Part shown: positions 56,433 through 64,000 of the stretch, piece after piece
How positions within the stretch are numbered: position 1 is the stretch's first letter
Layout of the letters: each line of letters opens with the position of its first letter
From: Pachysolen tannophilus NRRL Y-2460
Lineage: Eukaryota
NCBI GenBank assembly: GCA_001661245.1
Contig: KV454011.1
Span: forward strand, 647,498 to 711,497
DNA length: 64,000 nucleotides
Reading direction: 5' to 3'
The notes under the pieces: generated by a model
Told to the model about the DNA's origin: nothing
Seen by the model: the letters and a program-made list of their open reading frames with translations, nothing else
Database searches by the model: none
Program-made: the position numbers and the translations under genes

Positions 56433-57737
56433 TTAGTACATGGCTAATTGTTCATCTGACATTTCGTACTTAATCCAGTTTGCCATACAGTTTTCCTTTA
56501 CACCTGAAGCAATACCGCAAAATTCCGCTGGAGTACAATCACCACATTGATCACTATTTGGACAATTGATATATGGACTATGTTGATAACCTATATCTCT
56601 AAACCAATGAATTTTGGATTTATCTTCAAACAAGGCTAAACCCATTGAATGGACTGGAGCATCTCCCCATCTTTCATAGTAAAAACCTCCTGCTTTATCA
56701 AGATGTTCAAACCATTGAGAATATTGTTCACCTCTGAAAAAATCCAAATTTGCAATTTCAAAATTTGACCAGAAATGACAAGTTGAATAACCTTTTGTCA
56801 ACTTTGCCTTAATTGGATATTGCAAATCTTCTAATAACCAATCATAAGCTCCTTCTGGATGTAAATATTGAGGATGTTCTTTTAAGAAATCTAATGTTGT
56901 TGTCCATAAAGTTTCAATTGTTTCTTGAACATCATAAACATTAATATTAAAACCATATGTCTTATTATGATCTTCCATAAATTTGAAAACATCATAATTA
57001 ATATGACAATAATAACGTGTGTCAGGTTCAATTCTCCAATACCATTTGAATTGTTTCATATGTGGAATATTATAAAAAGTACCAGAATTAAATCTACACA
57101 TATTATGATAAGAATCTTTATCAGCATATGGAACACCAGCTTCTTGTAATTTCTTAATACCTTTCTTTTCCTTTTCAGGATCAATATGTGATGGTTTATT
57201 CCAATATTCTTTTGGAATAACTTCGAAAAAACAATTAGATTTTGTATGTTTTAAAACTTCAGTTTTAAAATCATCAGTAAATGGTTCATCATTTAAAAAA
57301 GTCCATGGATAATGAAATTTATTATTAAATTTTTCTTCAATTTGAATAATAACTGGAACAATACCTTTTAATTCAGAATTTCTAACTAATGAAAATAAAG
57401 TAGCATTTGCTAATTGATAATTTTCTGTTGGTCTTTTTAAATCATTAACTTTTGGTTCAGAAATCTTCTTTTCCATAACTTTTGTATAAATTTCAATATT
57501 TCTTTCAATTGCTTCAGGCACAGTAATATTCTCTTCAAATCTAAATTTGAAAAAAGCCAAATTTAATTCACCAGTAGATGTTAAAAATGGATATTTTAAA
57601 TTATTAAAAACACTTGGAAAATATTTTTCACTAACATTTTTAATATGGTGAGAATTATGGTAAAGTACCAATATTTGAACAAATAATATCAAAATCACCA
57701 AATACCGAACAATTCTTTTCCTTCCTATATGTATCAT
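56433..57737 (-). CDS. KRE2/KTR family (GT15) Golgi mannosyltransferase
   Basis: Type II TM, NAT..SLVRNSEL, SYHNMCRFNSG, YWRIEP, CHFWSNFEI, YERWGDAPVHS. Confidence 0.93.
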   Translation of the reverse strand: MIHIGRKRIVRYLVILILFVQILVLYHNSHHIKNVSEKYFPSVFNNLKYPFLTSTGELNLAFFKFRFEENITVPEAIERNIEIYTKVMEKKISEPKVNDLKRPTENYQLANATLFSLVRNSELKGIVPVIIQIEEKFNNKFHYPWTFLNDEPFTDDFKTEVLKHTKSNCFFEVIPKEYWNKPSHIDPEKEKKGIKKLQEAGVPYADKDSYHNMCRFNSGTFYNIPHMKQFKWYWRIEPDTRYYCHINYDVFKFMEDHNKTYGFNINVYDVQETIETLWTTTLDFLKEHPQYLHPEGAYDWLLEDLQYPIKAKLTKGYSTCHFWSNFEIANLDFFRGEQYSQWFEHLDKAGGFYYERWGDAPVHSMGLALFEDKSKIHWFRDIGYQHSPYINCPNSDQCGDCTPAEFCGIASGVKENCMANWIKYEMSDEQLAMY

Positions 57738-58269
57738 CTTAGCCAGTAATGATTGCAACGTCAATGTCAACTTTTCAATAAGAAAAAAGGAACAAGATCA
57801 AAAAAAAAGAAAAAAAAAAAAAAATAGAAAAAGCAAAAAAAAGATGGAAAAAACAAAAAAGAAAAAAGATAAATTTATTTATTTGATCTTTTTTTCTTTT
57901 CTTCCCCTTTAACTAAATGAAACTTATTAAACTTATTTTTAGTGAAATAAATAAGATTATATATTTATAGTCCAAAGATAAGAGTTTCAGAAGAATAAAA
58001 AAAAAAATAAAATAAAAAAAAAAAAAGACTTAAAAGATAAACTGTTAGCTATATTTTAGAAACTGCAGTTTATGGATAACATGAAATTTCATATATTAAA
58101 AAAAAGAGTCGTTCACTGGAAAAAACGTGTTTTTGAAATTTGCAACGACGCGCGCGTACAAAGTCAAAGATAAAGATAAAGATAAAGACAAAGACAAACT
58201 AATTAAGTTAAGAAGAAGTACTAATGTAATATTGCTATATCTGCTATCTACATATATGTAAGATGTATG

Positions 58270-59913
58270 TTAGATTTTAATATCGACATCAAACTTGAAT
58301 TTTAACGATTTGATGCGGCTATCAAATCCACCATTGAAGTCTCTAAATCTGGCAGTGAGACGTTGTTTTTCCAATTTTTGTTTTTCAGCAGATTCATTTT
58401 CCAATTTTTCTATTGTCAATTCACCTGCATCGTTATTGATTATATTTGATGAACCATCTGCAGCGTAAAAGATTCTTGTGTTTGTCTTCAATCTACTAAA
58501 TGGATCGCTACTTGTATTATTATTTTTCAATTTTTCTTCCACAGCTCTTAATTCAGCTTCTCTAATTAATTCTTGATTCAATTTTTTATTTTTTTCATTA
58601 ACTTTTGATAAGATTGAATCTGAAGAAGATTCTACAGTTCTTTGCTTTGCAGCATATTTCTGTTCTAAATCATTAATTTCTTGTTCAATTTTTTCAACTT
58701 TTACTAAATCTCCATTTTCAAGAGCAATCAGTCTTTCCAGTTGTAAATTTGTCTTTCTCATAATGGCATTGACGCCAGCCACATCTTGTTGGATAGTTTG
58801 TTTCTTGACAATCATCTCGTTAATTTCCTTATCCGTTAACGATCTAGTACTCATATCTCTTAATTCATGATATTTCCTGTCAACAGTTTTGATGGTGGCA
58901 AATTTTAATCCATCTTGTTGAATTCTTTTCATATATATATCAAATTCATATTTTGTTATATGATTATCTGAAAAAATATTTAAAGGAACTTTTCTAGTAT
59001 TTTTACCAATTGAAACAATTAAATATAAGTTTGTCTTATGATTAGTTAATAAATAAACTTTATCTTTCATCTCAACAACATCATTAATTTTAACCATTCT
59101 ATATTCATTTTGCCCCGTGGTACGGTTGAAACCAACATTCATTCTAGCATAACAATCAACAACAACATCGGTAAACTCTGGGTAATAACAAAATTTGTTA
59201 AATTGAGTCCTACCAATTCTAATTTTATTTATATCTGATAATGTAGCTTCTTTATCTTGTATAGATGAAGAGGATTTCGTGGCCCATTCCACTCTTTCTT
59301 CATCATCTTCAACAAAATCGTCTTCATCACCATAATCTGCCTCCTCATCTTCTTCATCTTCTTCTTCTACATCTTCTTCTTCATCATCTTCATAATCGCC
59401 TCCACGACGTCTAGTTTCAATCTTTCTTCTTTGAGCCTTCAACTGTTCCCTCTTATCAGCCTTAGTACTATCTTTACCCTTCCGCTTAGATCTCAATCTA
59501 CCTTGCTCTGCAATCTTATCTCTCTCAGCTCTAAGCGCCAAATATTTACTCTCATTATATCTTTCCATCTCTTGACCTCTCTCGAATAAAATTTGTTCTC
59601 TTTGCATTTCATCCATCGCTAATAATTCATCCTTATCCTTTTCATTTTTATATTTTCCCTCCAAAGGATACGGATTCTCATTTGCATCACGCCTTACATC
59701 ATCCTCATAATTCTCCTCGTCTTCATCATCATCCTGATCTAAAAAAGCTTTTCTAGTTTTTTTATTCTTTGTCGATAACGAAGGCGCCTTACGTTTTTTA
59801 GAATCATCTAATGAAGGCTCATAAAAATCAGATTCCTCTTCTTCAACATCATCCACTTCATCGGCAGATCCAGCACCTGCCAAAGCCAACAAATCCTCAT
59901 CAATATCAGACAT
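58270..59913 (-). CDS. RTF1: Paf1 complex subunit Rtf1
   Basis: MSDIDEDLLALAG, PYPLEGKYK, RE.ILFER, Plus3 domain, DPFSRLKT. Confidence 0.95.
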   Translation of the reverse strand: MSDIDEDLLALAGAGSADEVDDVEEEESDFYEPSLDDSKKRKAPSLSTKNKKTRKAFLDQDDDEDEENYEDDVRRDANENPYPLEGKYKNEKDKDELLAMDEMQREQILFERGQEMERYNESKYLALRAERDKIAEQGRLRSKRKGKDSTKADKREQLKAQRRKIETRRRGGDYEDDEEEDVEEEDEEDEEADYGDEDDFVEDDEERVEWATKSSSSIQDKEATLSDINKIRIGRTQFNKFCYYPEFTDVVVDCYARMNVGFNRTTGQNEYRMVKINDVVEMKDKVYLLTNHKTNLYLIVSIGKNTRKVPLNIFSDNHITKYEFDIYMKRIQQDGLKFATIKTVDRKYHELRDMSTRSLTDKEINEMIVKKQTIQQDVAGVNAIMRKTNLQLERLIALENGDLVKVEKIEQEINDLEQKYAAKQRTVESSSDSILSKVNEKNKKLNQELIREAELRAVEEKLKNNNTSSDPFSRLKTNTRIFYAADGSSNIINNDAGELTIEKLENESAEKQKLEKQRLTARFRDFNGGFDSRIKSLKFKFDVDIKI

Positions 59914-60206
59914 ATTATCCTAACCGCCAATTGAATTAAAACTAATCACTAATTATTAATGTCCACTTTTAACAACCTTTTTTTTTTTTTTTATTTTTTC
60001 TTTCTTTCTCTCTCTCTTTTTGCTGCTTTGTTGGGTTGATGATGATATTTTTTTGTATTTGTGCACTACTTTTCTAAATGAAGTATTTTTCTTTCTTTCT
60101 TTTTTTTTGTTAGCAAAACATTGAGTTTTCTCTTGTCTTGTTCTTCTTCATTGATTATATAAAAGCAGTGAGCGGGTTCTGTTTTTTTTGAATATTCTGG
60201 TTAAGA

Positions 60207-62318
60207 ATGTCCTCTTCAAACTCGGAGAGTAAGAAACAGCTACAGAATGATATCATACTGCGGCAGAAAAAGCAAAATAAGAGACCTACTGCCAAGAGAT
60301 CACCTTCGATATTGGTAACTGATGTTAGACATAATTTGAATACTGCACAGAGAAGTTCAGCGCCATTTGCTGGTCATAAATATAACAGTCTGCAAAAGAA
60401 GACAGATGGTGCTAATAAGCTTAATAAGATATCGGTGTCGAATATAATAAGTGATATTAGTGATATACCATCAGCTAGGAAAAGACAAGAACCACCTAAT
60501 TATGGGTCTATTGTTAATTCGATGCAAACAGGTACAAGGAGATTAACAAAGAGAAATATACCTACATTATCGCAGCCGTTACCCTCTAGAACTTCGAAGA
60601 CTTCCCAAAAATTGGTATTAATTCCTTATGACGAAGATGAGAATCAATATTATGAGGAACCTCCTCATCCTCAATTTCTGCCTCAACCTCAAGTGGCTAT
60701 TGATCCTAAGCGGTTAAGAAGTTATCAGCGTTCTAGAGCAGAGAACATGACAAAAGAGCAAAGAGCGGATGAATATTCAAGAGTAACGGCTTATTTAATA
60801 GCTCAAGGTATGAACTTGAAGTTAACTTCCCATTTTCTTAAAAAAAATCATTTAGTATTGCCTAGATTATACGATGAAGTCTTATATGTACCTTATTCAT
60901 TACCTTTATTACCGGGACCAAATGGGTATAGGGTTCAATCAAATAATTCTGCAAAAGTGTTAAATTCCAAAAAATTGATGGAAAATTTTATTGATAATTC
61001 GGAATTGAAAGATCATCATTTTGAATATTTTAGCGGAGTTGATGCTAGTGGTAATGATAATTTGGTTTTAAATGAAAATAGTGATATATCCAAATTTAAT
61101 CAAAATACCAATAGACCAATTGATTTGGGAAAATCTGATTTGATGAATAGTGGTAATAATAATAATAATAATGGTAATGATTTTGATAATAATAACAATG
61201 GAGGTTTTGATCCTAGTGAGCCACAGTTTTTCCCCAGTCCAAATAATTCTCCATCTAATGAATTTCATCCTCCTCCTTCATCATCATCATCACATGACTC
61301 TCAAATTGTACAAGATAATAATAAAGATAACGGTGATGGGGAAAATTCTGAAATTCATGATGTTGGTAATCTTTCAATAGAAAGTAGTGAAAATGGAGAA
61401 AGCGATAGCAGTGGAAGCGGCAATGGCAATGGCAATGGTAATAATGACAACAATTCACAAAAATTACCTGATTTAACTAAACATGCTGAGCTTTTTATTT
61501 TCAACTATGGTGTCGTTGTATTTTGGAATTTTAGTGAAATTCATGAGAAAAATATATTGGCGGATTTAGCTTTTGCAAAATTGGATCCGCATGAAATAAC
61601 TGATGAGGACGATGATTATGATGACGATGAGGAAGAAGATAATGAAAATGATAATGAAAATGATGGGGCTGATGGGTCCGAGGAAGAAATGCTTTCTTTA
61701 TTAAGAAAGCCAATTCATGAACAGGATATAGAAACTGAAGAATTCCATTTTGAATATAGGAAAGAAATATCAACTCCTAGAATCTACAATGATATGATTA
61801 CTTTAAAATCTGGAGATCATTTAATCAAGTTGACTATATCTCACTCAATAGCACAATCAACAAAATTATGTTATTATGAATCAAGGATGTCACACATTTT
61901 AAGTTCAATTTCAAAATTACCAAAGATGTTAGCACTTACAGGAAAATTAGAAACTATCAAGACAAGAAAAAAATTATTGACTAAGACGGCAAGGTTAATT
62001 CAATTAAGAAATGAAATAAATTTAATATCAAATGTTTTGGACACACCTGAATTCTTCTGGTCATTTGAACCTTCCTTACATCCATTATATAATGCCATTA
62101 GAGATTATTTGGAAATTGATCAAAGAGTTGAAGTTTTAAACGATAGATGTCAAATTTTCTTGGACTTCTTTGACGTTATAAGTGATTCCATAGCAGAGAC
62201 AAATATGAACAGGATAACTAAAATGATTATTTATGTCTTGTTGGTTATGATTGTTGTTAGTTGTGTGGAGATTTTAATAAGGTATTTGATTATCAAGAGA
62301 GATCATTTGAAATTTTAA
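60207..62318 (+). CDS. RMD8: RMD1/Sif2 family (DUF155) protein
   Basis: PSRTSKTSQKLVLIP, RVTAY, FIFNYGVVVFWNF, SHSIAQSTKL, LDTPEFFW, YLEIDQRVEVLN, C-terminal hydrophobic helix. Confidence 0.85.
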   Translation: MSSSNSESKKQLQNDIILRQKKQNKRPTAKRSPSILVTDVRHNLNTAQRSSAPFAGHKYNSLQKKTDGANKLNKISVSNIISDISDIPSARKRQEPPNYGSIVNSMQTGTRRLTKRNIPTLSQPLPSRTSKTSQKLVLIPYDEDENQYYEEPPHPQFLPQPQVAIDPKRLRSYQRSRAENMTKEQRADEYSRVTAYLIAQGMNLKLTSHFLKKNHLVLPRLYDEVLYVPYSLPLLPGPNGYRVQSNNSAKVLNSKKLMENFIDNSELKDHHFEYFSGVDASGNDNLVLNENSDISKFNQNTNRPIDLGKSDLMNSGNNNNNNGNDFDNNNNGGFDPSEPQFFPSPNNSPSNEFHPPPSSSSSHDSQIVQDNNKDNGDGENSEIHDVGNLSIESSENGESDSSGSGNGNGNGNNDNNSQKLPDLTKHAELFIFNYGVVVFWNFSEIHEKNILADLAFAKLDPHEITDEDDDYDDDEEEDNENDNENDGADGSEEEMLSLLRKPIHEQDIETEEFHFEYRKEISTPRIYNDMITLKSGDHLIKLTISHSIAQSTKLCYYESRMSHILSSISKLPKMLALTGKLETIKTRKKLLTKTARLIQLRNEINLISNVLDTPEFFWSFEPSLHPLYNAIRDYLEIDQRVEVLNDRCQIFLDFFDVISDSIAETNMNRITKMIIYVLLVMIVVSCVEILIRYLIIKRDHLKF

Positions 62319-62547
62319 GCAAGTGGTAATGCTCTAGCTGTTGTACTTAATTTATATAGCCCTTTTATTTAATTATTAATATATTGCATCAAAATAATAC
62401 ATAAGAGTGCATGTCGTACTAGTAGTAGTAATAGTAGTAGTAATAGGGTATCATCATCAAAAGTAATGGAAACTCGTTACTTTCATAAAGACGATGAAAC
62501 CGATGGTACGTAAATATGCATTTATTACAGTTTATAGTAAAGCTTCG

Positions 62548-62641
62548 TTCCTCATGGCCCAATGGTCACGGCGTCTGGCTACGATTTGCGTTAGTCACTT
62601 CTGGAACCAGAAGATTCCAGGTTCGACTCCTGGTGGGGAAG
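62548..62641 (+). tRNA. tRNA-Arg(ACG) with a 21-nt intron (62585-62605)
   Basis: TTCCTCATGGCCCAATGGTCACGGCGTCTGGCT-ACG-A [intron] ACCAGAAGATTCCAGGTTCGACTCCTGGTGGGGAAG; T-run terminator follows. Confidence 0.95.
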
Positions 62642-63360
62642 TTTTTAATTTTTTTTTTTTTTTTATTTTATTTATTTATTATGTATGTATTTCAAACCTT
62701 TAAATTAAAAAAAATGAAAGAACCGTTTTTCCCTTTTCAATCAATCAAAATCCATTAGCCTAGCGTTAAAATAGGCTAACGTAATGGCTAATGTAATTGC
62801 TGATGTAAATGTATAAGAACTTGTTCTATAAAAAGATAGTAGGTTGCCACAGAGGACGAGTTTTTCATTCTTAGATTTATAGTTTATGTAAAGACACAAC
62901 GCACTCACTATAGTTTTAAAACTTATTCATGAACTCATGAATACGACTCAAAAAGATAGCAAGCAAATTAGCAAATTTTCTTTCAAGTTTTTTTAAATAA
63001 AAAAACTAAAATGAATAAAATAATTCCAAAAATTCCTTTATAGACCAGAAACAGACAATGCTGTTTAGTCTATAAAGAGCAGTCAATGGTTAAAAAGTTT
63101 TCAACCAGCAAAAACATGATCTCGGACGAATCCTCACTGATACACGTAATGCCCGAGCATAAGGACGGTGAAGAAAGGAAAAAAAAAAAAAAATTAAACT
63201 ATGAAAAACAGCGAAAAAATTCGCATTTATATCAGATTTTTCGAAAGGAAAAAAAAATTATCATCAAGAAAATATTCCCTTTTAGGACTACTCGGGCTGC
63301 TTCAGTTAACACCTTTAAAATAATGGTCAAAATTGGGGCTGCGGTCCTGGCTATTGCCTG

Positions 63361-63386
63361 TGTTTACACATTGCCTAATGAGGTTA
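63361..63386 (-). promoter_or_regulatory. Composite Mcm1 + forkhead (CLB2-cluster-type) element
   Basis: Minus strand reads TAACC-TCATTA-GG-CAATGT-GTAAACA: CC(N6)GG, 6 nt, then GTAAACA. Confidence 0.65.
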
Positions 63387-63631
63387 TATAATCATAGAAA
63401 ACATCTCTAACCATGCATAAGGTATATGCTTTTATTTACAATTTTTCCAAAGTAAAATTGAGTGAAGGTATTTGATTTAATTTTGACTTGTCTTGTCTTG
63501 TCATGTCTTTATTTTTATTTTTATTTTAAAAAGTTTCTTTTTTTTTTTTTTTTTTTTTTTTTTGTTTTTGCTTGCTGTTATTTGAAATAACGACTGGAAT
63601 CCGATTATATTTCATAGGAAAACTTTGAGCC

Positions 63632-64000
63632 ATGTCTGATCCATTCAAAGATCAAAACTCTAATGGTGAAAAGCATAACCCATTCCGTAATGAGTTTGAA
63701 GCATCTGGTATTTCAAGGCCAAGTAGTATATATTCCAATAGTACTTCCCCAAGACGTTATGCCAACGAATTGTACAATGAAAGCAATTGTAAGTTAAAGT
63801 TTTACTGAATAAAATTTTCAACTGAAAAAAAAAAAAAAAAAAAAAGATGAAATTACTAATAAATTTTCGAAAATTTTGATAACTAGCTGACCAAGTCCAT
63901 GGGTTCCCTACCCAAAACCAATATAGTCCAAATAAGAAAACAGCTAAATATTCTCCTGCGGTTTTCAGTAGATCGAGAGAAGGCAGAAATAATGATGACA
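63632..64000 (+). CDS. 5' part of an intron-containing gene running off the window (exon 1 63632-63788, intron 63789-63886, exon 2 from 63887)
   Basis: MSDPFKDQNSNGEKHNPFRNEF...; GTAAGT donor, TACTAAT at 63854-63860, TAG acceptor at 63884-63886; the spliced frame stays open to 64000. Confidence 0.75.

Noticed and set aside
63086..63430. 101-aa ORF or snoRNA (snR30-like) in the GC-richer patch
   Set aside because: The ORF runs through poly-A tracts with no recognisable homology. The snoRNA box motifs are imperfect and I could not identify an rRNA guide.

Overview
Very AT-rich, gene-dense budding-yeast (Saccharomycotina) chromosomal segment with two assembly gaps (35663-36378, 55394-56356). 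It holds about 30 mostly housekeeping genes (TEP1, a kinesin, ARC15, POL1, VAM3, ENV9, CDC60, GCD1, RPT4, MRPL40, PRO2, FMP25, BOS1, SPT14, NIP100, CDC31, PDI1, GID7, RPN11, SAD1, SNP1, NOT4, a KTR-family gene, RTF1, RMD8), two tRNAs, and four spliceosomal introns that the ORF track misses. In-frame CTG codons fall where homologues have Ala or polar residues, suggesting a CUG-Ala yeast (Pachysolen-like; inference). The standout is a secreted precursor at 33649-36760 behind a 2.9 kb gene-free region. It has a signal peptide, a Ser/Thr stalk, and a long tandem array (11 complete clean copies visible, about 22-23 if the gap size is right) of the 21-aa peptide SPLAVDADVAADVDALVDVGL separated by KKR/KRR Kex2 sites. 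The peptide has near-perfect hydrophobic/Asp alternation, making it a candidate repellent-like or functional-amyloid peptide system. Homologue sequences cited are recalled from memory, not searched.
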